A stretch of DNA of 64,000 nucleotides from Podarcis pityusensis (Eukaryota). The notes under the pieces were generated by a model. It was given only the letters and a program-made list of their open reading frames with translations, was not told the DNA's origin and searched no databases. Below, piece after piece: positions 1 to 10,458 of this stretch. The stretch's first letter is position 1; each line of letters starts with the position of its first letter. The position numbers and the translations under genes are program-made. The stretch is from NCBI GenBank assembly GCA_964106645.2, contig OZ067047.1; one strand, 5' to 3'.

Positions 1-170
1 CATTATAGAAGCCTAGATTCCTGGTCTTCTGGTTGTCAGTGGAGTTGCCCTTAGTGTAAACTGATGCCTTCGAATCCGTATTGTTAGAAACTGTGTAGGG
101 TAGTAAATTCAAAGAAACTGAGGCTAGAATCCTATATATGTCTGCTCAGAAGTAGAGGGTTGGACTAGAT

Positions 171-306
171 CAGTGGTGGCCAAACTTTGCCCTCCAGCTG
201 TTTTTGGACTACAACTCCCATCATCCCTAGCTAACAGGACCAGTAGTCAGGGATGATGGGAATTGTAGTCCCAAAACAGCTGGAGGGCCAAGTTTGGTTA
301 ACACTG
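171..306. mobile_element. 136-bp hAT (Charlie/Buster-type) MITE nested in a CR1 3' end
   Basis: TIRs CAGTGGTGGCCAAACT...AGTTTGGTTAACACTG; 8-bp TSD GACTAGAT (163-170, 307-314). Flanks rejoin as a CR1 tail, gggttggactagatggtcctcagggtcacttccaactctgtgattctatg. Confidence 0.9.
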
Positions 307-860
307 GACTAGATGGTCCTCAGGGTCACTTCCAACTCTGTGATTCTATGATAAGGAAGTCTCAATTCAGATGCTGTGTCCCTCATTTTCAAGCTACAAT
401 CCTAGGAACATGCTGCTGTAGGGAACTTGCTCAAGAAAGGAGGGAGCAGTGATTTGAAGACTGACAATTCTATGTCTCAATTGAGCTCATAGGCATGTTC
501 TGAAAGCAACTGACCAACAGATGGACTGTCCGTTTATCTTACTAAGATTTTAATAATTTAAGAGTCAAGCTTTTTCAAGCAAACACAAGCCTCCTTCCTG
601 ACAATTAAGATGTGCAGCCCTATTTAGCTTAAATGCCATAGTGCACAGCAATAGAACTGGATTTTTTAAAAATGCAGATGTATTAGCTGCTTGATTAGGC
701 TGCTTACGGTCTTATGATTATGCAAATAATTTGCAGTAAAATGCTGAATCAGATGAGTTTGTTTCAATTAGAAAGAAACTTCACAAGTTTTTCTGTGACG
801 AAAAACGTAGCTACAAGGTCACCTTTTCCCTCTCTCCCCTCCCCAACCCCTGTCCTCCAG

Positions 861-972
861 ACGGAGAGAAATGTGACTGTGGTCCTTCTTAGTGAAATTG
901 TGTGGGAGCTGCTTCGTCCAGCTACAGGATGCCTTGAACCATTGCCGTTGTTTTTTCCGGACTACAGCATAG
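861..972 (+). CDS. ORC5: ORC5 coding exon (vertebrate exon 5), 112 bp
   Basis: ccag|ACG...ATAG|gtaac. Translates [37 protein letters not shown](G), matching ORC5 [37 protein letters not shown]. Exons 1-4 (Walker A) lie upstream of the window. Confidence 0.97.
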
Positions 973-2156
973 GTAACACAATACACTTATTTTGGGTTGT
1001 TCGTGGCTATTAAACATAATAGCTAAACGAAATCTCTGTCAATGGAAGCTGTATACCTGAGTATCAGATGCTGGAGGCAAACCTACAAGGGAAAGCTACC
1101 TTCTCTCCACAACATGCTTCCAAGTTTCCAAAGGGAACTGGCTAGTTACTCTTGGATGCAAACAGAATACTAGATTTGATGGGCGCTGGGATGATGTTTA
1201 ACATCTACTTTTTGAAGAACGAATAATTAGTACCTTTATTTTCTGTATGTGTGTATACATCACACCCCTTGCAGTCAAAGGAATTAAGAACTCCTGGTTT
1301 GAGAGAATTAACCTGGTTTTATGAAAAGGATGGTGAAATCCAGAGCTGGTTCTAACTCATTGTGAGAGAGAAATTATGTTGCTAGTTAAACCTCAAAATC
1401 TTGGAATTCTTTATCTTTAAGTGCATATCACATTACCAAGTTTTCAGCACTGTTGTAGCTACCAGAACTGGTCACCAGCAAAATGCTTTTTATATAAAAG
1501 AGCTTTTTATGCTCATGGTTGGGTGGGATGGAGCTGAGAAGAAAAGAAAAAATCACCTCTCCTGGTGTTCTAAACTAGGTCCTAAGCATAAGAGTAAACA
1601 GTAGGTCTGTTTGTTGCCTTGTCACAGATTCTTAAATTCAGATACTGATGAAGATTGACGCAGTAAGGATTGCATTAAAATGCATTAGTGTTACAAATAG
1701 CAATACAGAAAAATATAGCTATGAACAAAATACTATGTAATTAATGAACAACTAAGGTTGGTATATAGCATAATGATTAGGGCACACATAGCAGCACGAT
1801 GACTTATGAAAGCAGCCCTAAATATCACAATAGGACAGCTGGAAATTATAAATATGTATTGACTAAAGCTGGAATCCATAAAAGTGCATGTTTTTCTGTA
1901 GTTCAATACCTACACTGAATTAACAACTCGGGTCAAATTTGAAATGGAGAACTTGTTCTTACCCTGAAATCTGGGCCTGAAAGAGAAATTGATCAGAAGG
2001 GGCAACTTGGAGTTTGGTCTGATTAAAAATGCCTGATTTAGGGTACTTAAAGTTTGTTTAGGTTTTATTGTTGTACTCACAGCTGACTGAGTCCGAAAGT
2101 GTGTGCCTTTATCTTGAAGAGGCATGACTGGAAACATGTAAGCTTCCCCCTGAAAC

Positions 2157-2528
2157 TGTTGGGATACTGCCAGGGAGACAAAGTCCATCATGACTCCACG
2201 TCGCCTCCGGACGATCCATCGATCTCCCTTGAAACAGTATCAGCAATTAGTGACATGAGCTCCAGAAATAGCTTGCCACATTCCAGAGCTGATGCACGCT
2301 CTATCAGCAGAGTTCGCATAGCGAAAGATGCACTCAGGAGAGCATATTTACAACTTTATTCAGCGTTGGTCAGAACAAAGAGAAAACATGACTGCCTGCT
2401 TCAGTGTCTCAGATACAGAGAGAAAACGAAAGCATAGACACAACAGAAACATCCTGTGAACAGGAAATACGCATGCTGTGACACAAACATCCTGCTCCCT
2501 TTTAAGGTGTAACGGAAATATCCTAACA
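2157..2528 (-). mobile_element. Solo LTR (family A)
   Basis: TGTTGGGATA...TATCCTAACA termini; 5-bp TSD GAAAC (2152-2156, 2529-2533); AATAAA on the minus strand (2355-2360); homologous to 18765-19191. Confidence 0.85.
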
Positions 2529-2801
2529 GAAACCAGACATGGTGATTTTGACAATCACTGTTCTTTCACGTTGGAGACTCCTTACTACTGGATTTTCCAG
2601 AGCTGATTAAAAGGTGTTCAGTGCTGAATTGCCAGGAGGGGATTACAGGCCCTCTGGAAGAAAGGGGTGTTTCCTGCTGAAGTATAACTGTATATCTAAA
2701 GTGTGCAAACATTGTTTGTTCTCTGCATAATTTTTAGCCTGAGAACAATTCTATGATGTGCTCATCAGCTTTTTGTTTTTCAATGCTCTTTATTTAAACA
2801 G

Positions 2802-2932
2802 GACACCTGCAAAAGATTCTGTCCCATGACCATCCTCCGGAGTATTCTTTTGATTTTTATGCTGCATATATAAATATTCTGCTTGGCGTTTTCTATCCTG
2901 TCTGCAGGGACCTGAAGGAGCTCCGACATCTA
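2802..2932 (+). CDS. ORC5: ORC5 coding exon 6, 131 bp
   Basis: aacag|GA...CTA|gtaagg. (G)[43 protein letters not shown]; phase fits the previous exon. Confidence 0.97.
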
Positions 2933-3767
2933 GTAAGGGATCTCTTTGGTGCTTTCATAATGAATGTGGTGTCATAGTGCTTTTGATGCTGGCTTTGGAA
3001 TTCTTAGAATGTCCTATATAACATAGCATGTGGATTCTGTGCTATTTCTCAGTATGTAACCAGGTGTAGGTTGCTAGGTTGTCGGCTCGGCAGACAAGAA
3101 AGAGAAGCTCAGCGAGCTTGCAGCCTTCACAAAGCCACATTATTGATCTGCATACATAAAACTAACATGTAGGGGCTGGAATAATGTAGCTTTCTCACCA
3201 GCAGCTGAGCAAGTTCTGAAAGACATGGTTGCTGTGTCTGAACATCCTTGAAATGTACTAATGCCTCTTGGTTGCCTAGATGAATAGGTACACAAATAGA
3301 AATTTCTGACTTTTATGTGGCTGGACTGTAACCTACTGTACAAAGATATTTATATCCATTGTTGCATCCACTCCCAGCATGTGACCATTGGAAAGTTACC
3401 CTCTAAGTTATGTGGCTCCAGTACTGAAAGAGATTCCCCATTGCTGTCTTAAAATATGGACATGCATTCAGGACCTTCAGGTTACCAGATACGGCATTAT
3501 ACTGTCCTGCTTATCCATGCCAAAGATTTATTTTGTTTTTATGGCTCTGTGCAGCCACTAATCCATCTACCCTTTTCTTGTTTTATTTCTCCTGCATGCA
3601 ATTTCATTGTAAGCTGCTGCTCTTCAGAGTTGGAGAGGGGTGTTGCAGCTCCTTTTCGGATAGGGGTGGGATATTTTTAAAATGTGTCCCAGGGTTTTTT
3701 CAAATTCCAGGGATGTAAGGATTTAAAATGTGGGATGATATCAATTATACCACTGCTTGTCTTGCAG

Positions 3768-3816
3768 GCTGCACTCAATTTTTCCAAGTACTGTGAGCCT
3801 GTGGTCCAGCAAAAGG
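3768..3816 (+). CDS. ORC5: ORC5 coding exon 7, 49 bp
   Basis: ttgcag|GCT...AAGG|gtgagt. AALNFSKYCEPVVQQK(A). Confidence 0.96.
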
Positions 3817-4371
3817 GTGAGTGTTTTTCGTTCATATGAATAAATAATGGATGGTTCTAGAGAGGAGGCAATAAAAAGCTTTCTGAGTCTTTATATGTTT
3901 CTGACCATGATTAGACAAATCAGAAGTGCTCCTTGGGCTGATTTACTCTTCCTCCTGCCTTCTCTCTCACCTGGGCATCGTTCTCTTTCAGTTTTGGGGC
4001 TTGCTGTGGAGTTAGTCTTATGTGTATTCCCCAAACCACAATTGGTAATCATTGTTGGAAATGGGGTGTGCAATACTTTAGGGGTCATGGGCAGGCTCAG
4101 TCATCTAATCATAGTTAGAAGATCCAGTGTGCTTTTTGGACTCTGCTAAACTGAACAGCAAGATTGGTTATACCCATAGGGCTGATCTCCAAGGAAGGAG
4201 AGGGGAATGCTTTCCTGAGAGAATGAGTGAGAAGGTGGGGATGGTGCAATTTCAGTCTCTTGAACAATGGTTAGGTAATTGGATGGTGCTTTGTCTGCAC
4301 CTGATTAACAAGGAAAGGGCAGGACCGAAGAGTCTTTTAAGCTAAAAGGATGGAGGTAAGACATAGAATTA

Positions 4372-4508
4372 TCAGTCAGTAGGGCATGGAACTCTTGATC
4401 TCAGAGTTGTGGGTTTGAGCCCCACATTGGGCAAAAAGATTCCTGTATTACAAAGAGTTGGACTGGATGACCCTTGTGGTCCCTTCCAACTCTACAATTT
4501 CCATGATT
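4372..4508 (+). mobile_element. tRNA(Lys)-like SINE with CR1-derived 3' tail
   Basis: Degenerate A/B boxes (tcagtcagtagggcat...gtgggtttgagccccacattgggc), then gttggactggatgacccttgtggtcccttccaactct. Second copy at 60165-60284. Ends approximate. Confidence 0.7.
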
Positions 4509-4821
4509 GCAGTTCCAGTTATTCTCGGATTGTACACATCTGCATAGGAGGGGAGAGTGCATAAGCTGAGGTTTGTTCTACCTTATGCATATCCATGCTA
4601 AACCATCGGTCCGTTATCAAGACATTTTTCCATTATGCAACATTTGCAGCATAACAGTTATACTATAGTTTGATGTTATGAACATAATCAGTACCAGAAT
4701 CTCAAAAGAAATGTGCCTTTTAATCTGTAAACCTATATTAAATCCAAGAGCCAGTGTATCACCTGAACACTTCTCAAAGTTCATCTTGAATCAATACTAC
4801 TTTTCTGTGTTTGTGATACAG

Positions 4822-4912
4822 CAAGTGAACGTGACACACGCAAACTTTGGAAAAATATTGAATCCCACTTGAAGAAAGCTATGCAGACTGTTTACCTGCG
4901 GGAAATATCAAG
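4822..4912 (+). CDS. ORC5: ORC5 coding exon 8, 91 bp
   Basis: atacag|CA...AG|gtaatt. (A)[29 protein letters not shown](S). Confidence 0.97.
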
Positions 4913-5749
4913 GTAATTGTCCCCCTCTTTATTTTTAGAAAGCTGCCTCTCAAGGCTTACCTAAAATGTCAAGTAGGTGCTGTAGGTGGTAGTCTTTCCT
5001 GCTAAAGCAGATGTCCTGGCTTTTAAAAATCTGTTAAATAGGTTACGCCTACCAATAAATGAAAAATAATGCAGTACGTGTCAGTTTCTAAATGGAACAT
5101 TAGGATAAAGATGTTAGGTAAAGGTGCTGCTAGATGAGATATGGGAAGTCTGCAAATGAGTGTGGTGTGTTGGTGGAGAGGTGCTTGGGGTGATTTATTT
5201 ATTTAATTAGTTTAATTAATAATTTTTTAATGCAGGAATTATGTGTTTTGGTTGTTTTCTATTTTTATGCTTGGGTTCCTTTTGTAAACTATATTGTAAT
5301 GACTCCTTTGTTAAGCGATACACACAATTTGATTTGAGGTACTTAAATTTCTCCCACTGAAATTTGTGAGATTGACTGGTTAAATCAATTTTCTTCACTT
5401 TTCTCATTCTTCCAGAGAGAGAAGGGGTTTTTGGATATTTGTGTGTGTTTGCAGGGGACAGGTTATATAATCCGTAGCAGAGCTTTAAGCTGAAGGTGTG
5501 TGATCTGAGATGCAGCAAATGTGTATATGGAAAAAAGTCTTCTTGTACCTGGAAGATTAGCATGGCAGGGAGAAGTCTGAAAGGGGTTTTGTCGCCGTCC
5601 CATACCATCCAGCATAACTGGATACTAAGCTCATGCGATTAATATTTAAAATTTTCACTGATTTCTATTGATATTTATGTTACTTTAAAAAGTCAATACT
5701 TTAACGCACTTTAGAATCGTATTGTACAACTTAGCATTTTGCTATACAG

Positions 5750-6281
5750 ATAATAATAATAATAGTAACAAAAACAATAAATTTTTATACCCCCCCCTCT
5801 CCGGCCAGGGCTGGGCTCAGGGCAGCTAACACCAAATATGAATTACAATAAAACGTAATAGAAAAGAAAAACAACAACAAACAATTAGAATATAGCTTAA
5901 AATGCAGCCTCATTTTAGTAGTGGCCCATAAATCAAGACCATAAAGGGAGGAAACATCAGATATTCACCCGAGCCAGCTATCCATGCTGGTCCTATATGG
6001 GCCAGCAAAAAAGCCAAGGGAAAATTTATATACCAAATCCCATATAAGGGGTCAGAGTGAGTCTAAGCCGAAGGCCAGGTGCAGGCCCTGTGGAAAGATG
6101 TCAAATCCCGCAGGGCCCTGGTCTCTTGTGACAGAGCGTTCCACCATGTCGGGGCCAGTGCTGAAAAGGCCCTGGCCCCAGTTGGAACCAATCTAACCTC
6201 CTTGAGGCTTGGGACCTCCAAAGTGTTGTTATTCATGGAAGCTAAGGTCCTCCGTGGGGCATACCAGGAGAGGCGGCCCCA
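5750..6281 (-). mobile_element. L2-clade LINE 3' fragment
   Basis: (AAT)n tail on + followed by squamate L2-like 3' UTR and ORF2-end sequence (gagcgttccacc...ggggcc...gaaaaggccctgg). Boundaries approximate. Confidence 0.65.
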
Positions 6282-6956
6282 TAGGACAAGTCTTTTGTAA
6301 TTAACTGATTGTAGAATATTATTCTGTTTTACCTACACTTAACCCTTTATCCATTTTTCATTTACATGAATGTTGCTGTGTTTAGTGACTATTTTGGCCA
6401 GCAGGCCACAAATAGGGGTTTCCTAGACTTGAGGACTAGCTTTCTGTTCCCCCCTCTCTCCCCATCCCAGGTGAAATCATTTGGTGTTTTCTTTTGCGGG
6501 GGGGTGGGAGTCATTCTTCTTGCTACAATTCCCTATCCAGTTTGGATACAACAATGAAATGGAACCAGAGAACCTGAATGGGGAGTTACCTAGCAACTGA
6601 AGCATTGTGTTTGGGTTTTTCCCATTCTACCCCTGTGCATGACAGTTTTAAAGCTAGTATTGTTTCTTTAGGCAGTTTAATATGGTTGGCATTTAATATA
6701 GTGCTTTTTGAGTGATCAAAGTATTTCACACACAATGCTTACACAACCTACCCCACATGGTAGGTCAGTAATTTCCCCATAATGCAGGTGAGAGGCTAGA
6801 AGATTATGGCTTACCTAGGACCACTTAATGAACTTATGGTTTTGGTGAGAAGTGAACTAGAGACTTGCCTGTTGATACTCCTAAACTGGGTCTATAATGA
6901 GGCATCAGTAGTAGTAGTAGTAGTAGTTGCTTGCAGGCCAGGTTGCACCATCCTTA

Positions 6957-7369
6957 TGTTGTTGTTGTTGTTTAGTCGTTTAGTCGTGTCCGACTCTTCG
7001 TGACCCCATGGACCAGAGCACGCCAGGCACTCCTCTGCCAGGCAGTCTTCCACTGCCTCCTGCAGTTTGGTCAAACTCATGTTGGTAGCTTTGAGAACAC
7101 TATCCAACCATCTCGTCCTCTGTTGTCCCCTTCTCCTTGTGCCCTCCATCTTTCCCAACATCAGGGTCTTTTCCAGGGAGTCTTCTCTTCTCATGAGGTG
7201 GCCAAAGTATTGGAGCCTCAGCGTCAGGATCTGTCCTTCCAGTGAGCCCTCAGGGCTGATTTCCTTCAGAATGGATAGGTTTGATCTTCTGGCAGTCCAT
7301 GGGACTCCCAAGAGTCTCATCCAGCACCATAATTCAAAAGCATCCATTCTCACTTCCATACATCACTAC
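6957..7369 (-). mobile_element. Bov-B (RTE) LINE, 5'-truncated
   Basis: DAFELWCWMRLLGVPWTARRSNLSILKEISPEGSLEGQILTLRLQYFGHLMRREDSLEKTLMLGK is the Bov-B ORF C-terminus; (CAA)n tail; candidate TSD TCCTTA (6951-6956, 7370-7375). Confidence 0.93.
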
Positions 7370-7628
7370 TCCTTAGGTTAGATTTAGCCAATGTTAAATC
7401 CAAGAATAAAAGTTACTTTGCCTGTTTTTGTCTGGCGAACTGATGTAAATCAGAATAATCTGACATCATTGTTAATCGTCTATATACTTTTAAACAGTTT
7501 AATTGCATAATTATTCTTATTCAAAAGTAACACAAATGCACTCACTCATCTCTAAAAATCAAATGTCTAAGTGTCTTGCTTTTAGGCATGGCAAATGCAT
7601 TTTTAAAAATAGCTGCATTGTCTTTTAG

Positions 7629-7681
7629 CTCCCAGTGGGAACAATTACTCCAGGATGATGGTGAAGCCGGGCAACTAAAAG
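7629..7681 (+). CDS. ORC5: ORC5 coding exon 9, 53 bp
   Basis: ttttag|C...AAAG|gtatgt. (S)SQWEQLLQDDGEAGQLK(G). Confidence 0.96.
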
Positions 7682-7924
7682 GTATGTGAAGAAGTAATAG
7701 TGTAGTGTTAATTATTGACAAAAAATACCCCTGTAATTTGGAGCAATTCAGTCATTGTCTTCAGTATGCATTTGCGAATACACCGACAGTTTAAAGAAAC
7801 TAAACAGGCAGCACGGAATGCGGGTACATATTCTCTTCCAGCAAATGGGGTTTGTGGTGATCAACACTGGTTAACTTAAGTCTTCCAAACTCATACTTTT
7901 TTTTGTCTCACAATTTTTTTCTAG

Positions 7925-8037
7925 GACTTTCAGCTCATGCTCATGTAGAACTTCCATATTATTCCAAGTTCCTACTAATAGCTGCATACCTTGCTTCTTA
8001 CAACCCTGCCAGGACAGATAAGAGGTTCTTCGTGAAG
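7925..8037 (+). CDS. ORC5: ORC5 coding exon 10, 113 bp
   Basis: ttctag|GA...AAG|gtaaat. (G)[37 protein letters not shown], the ORC5 C-terminal domain signature. Confidence 0.98.
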
Positions 8038-9443
8038 GTAAATAGGTTTGTTCTTTTTGCCGTAATCTGTTCTAGCATTCTTTAACATTCTTTAATACCT
8101 TTGTATGTCTCTAAAGAGCTTTATAAACCATGGCTAAAATACGCTACTAGCTCTACATGTTCAGCAGGGCTTTGATCCAGACTTGGTAGCGCTTCAATAG
8201 CAGCAATAGCAGCCTCTCGCCTCAATTCTATATGGCAAAACACTGTTGAAAGTGGGGGATATAGTTGGATCTGGGGTAGAGATCAAAGAAAAGAGCCAAA
8301 ATTCCTAAATGTCCTAAAATGTCCTAAATTCTTCTCTGGGTGGTTGGAGAGTCCCCTGGAGCAGAATTTTTGGGAAGGGGCATGGGTTGCAGGGGAAAGT
8401 AGATGTAGATGAAAGAGGAGTCCTGTTGCACAAGTGAAAGTCTGTGTGATGTTGGATTTCACTCACTGAGGGCATTGGAAGCATGGAAGCTTTTTTCTAA
8501 TACTGGGAGAAAAGCCTAAATCTAAACAATTGGTTGGTTTTAATTATTTCAAAGAAATGAATTGTACGCGATACATTTTATTAATCAATATGCTTGTTTT
8601 ATACTACACTAGGAAAAATAAAATTTAGATGTAATTTTTCCCTTTTTATCTTTATAAATTGCTTATTTTTAATAAAAATATTCAGCAAGGCAACAGTTTG
8701 ATTTACTTTATATAACCAAATAGCAAAATCTGAAGAAACGTCAGTGGTGGGGTGATACCAGCATTTGGTTGGCAACTCTCCAAAATAATTAACCCTCCAT
8801 GCCTTCCATCAATTGCTGTTTTGAACAGGCGCAAAATTGGCTTTGTATCTAAAATAACTACTTCTTTACCTAGATTTGATAAGGAAGCAAGGAAAGGCTG
8901 GCAGCATTTTAAAGTGAAGCAGTAGCTGCTTCATCTTGTCAGTTGATGGAAAGAAAACATTTTCCCCCTCCCAGTCTTTTTGCAGCTATTTTACCAGTAG
9001 GGAGAGAGCGAGAAAGCTGCATGTTTTAAATGGCTGAAATGGTTTAGTGAATTTTCAGATAAATTTATGGATAACTGTTTTCAGAGGTACACACAATTAC
9101 TTTCTTATTTATTTTTTATCTTATACCTTCCAGTAAATCTCCCCCCCCCCCCCCCGTTATAAATACTGTATTTTTTCAGTGGTGTGCACTGTCTGTCACA
9201 GTTTGACGTGCCATGGGCAGGCCACAGTGGGCCATATTTTAGTATTGCTATTGTCCATACAGGGTTTGTGAAGAATAAATGAAATAAGTTATTACATGAA
9301 GTATACCTGCAACAATACAGTTGTTGTGTATGCTGTCACGTAGCTGTGTGATATGTTCAGTGAAGTTGGGCTGTTCTCCCCATATAAATTATGTACCATT
9401 GTAAATAACTATTTCACAGTTGGAATTTTCTTTTCACTTGCAG

Positions 9444-9491
9444 CATCATGGAAAAATTAGGAAGAAAAACTTTCAGAAGAAACATGAAAAG
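9444..9491 (+). CDS. ORC5: ORC5 coding exon 11, 48 bp
   Basis: ttgcag|CAT...AAG|gtaaat. HHGKIRKKNFQKKHEK. Confidence 0.96.
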
Positions 9492-10002
9492 GTAAATTCA
9501 GCTTTCTGTTTGATAGATTATCTCCATTCTGGTATACAATTGAAACAGAGTGTCACTAAATTGTCTTAACATATGATGAAATGTCCTATTTTATTTTCCT
9601 GTATATTCTATGATTGCCTTGAGAGGACTTTGCCTTAAAAGGTGACCTAGAACTGCCTAAAGGAATAAAGGCAGCCACGCCCACAGGTGGATGTGTTATC
9701 TTTCTGCAATAGTTTGCATTGCTGGAAAGACCACCCCTTCTTTAGTTTGATCTGTGTCCTTTTAGACTTTTTAGGGTAGGAACTGTTTTGACTGAACACC
9801 CACCTCCAAGGAAACTCCACAGACATGCATATATAATTCCACACATGCAAAAATCCCCTGGTGGCCAGAGGCAGGCAGAAAGTTTCACTCCCTTATTAGC
9901 AATAGCAGAAACAAGCCAAATAAGAATTTATATGCAGATTTGCTGCTTTTGCATAATTTGTACAGGTTGCAGAATGTGTTTATATGAATAACATTAGAAA
10001 CC

Positions 10003-10458
10003 TGTCAGGGAACTGCCATCAGTGCAGGAGGGAGAGAGCAAAAGCCAGATGGATTATAGAGAGCCTCCAGGGATCGTGGGAAGTAGCTCCTCTTCAACGG
10101 AAGAGAATAAACGCGGCGCCAGTGGAGAGGAGGTGCAGGAGTCGGAAGTGGCGAGGCGGTCCCAGGACTCCTTGCCTGGGAGAAGCGGGGAGGGAAGGGG
10201 TCCTCCGCTGCCCACGCCCTCTTTGCGCAGAAAGCGTTCGCGCAGAGAGGGAAGGCGCAGACTGGGCGTCAAGGAGCTGCTTTGCTGGAGAAAGTTTAAG
10301 AACCGCCCACTCACGGATTCTGCCAGCGATTGAGTCAGCCACGGGAGAGTGGCGCTCCGGACTGATAACGTTTATTTTGGCAGCCAAGCCAAGTCTACAC
10401 AGCCAAGTAGGGAGATATTTGCCTGCTTGCTCCCGAGCAACCCCTTGGAAACATAACA
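10003..10458. mobile_element. Solo LTR (Gypsy/ERV-type), GC/CpG-rich
   Basis: TGTCA...TAACA termini; 5-bp TSD AAACC (9998-10002, 10459-10463). An AATAAA lies on the minus strand (10371-10376) while a 103-codon open frame is on +, so orientation is uncertain. Confidence 0.82.

Noticed and set aside
714-1013. ORF-track proteins at 714-1013, 7903-8085 and 11954-12169 as standalone genes
   Set aside because: They are single ORC5 exons read through into flanking intron; splice sites define the real boundaries.
4372-4445. tRNA-like heads here and at 14120, 20861, 29199, 32889, 58371 as tRNA genes
   Set aside because: Degenerate cloverleafs attached to LINE-derived tails, several with TSDs; these are SINEs.
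5216-5608. 130-aa minus ORF containing KFKYL, a possible L1 RT fragment
   Set aside because: Only one short motif, and the order of candidate motifs does not fit L1 ORF2; unsupported.
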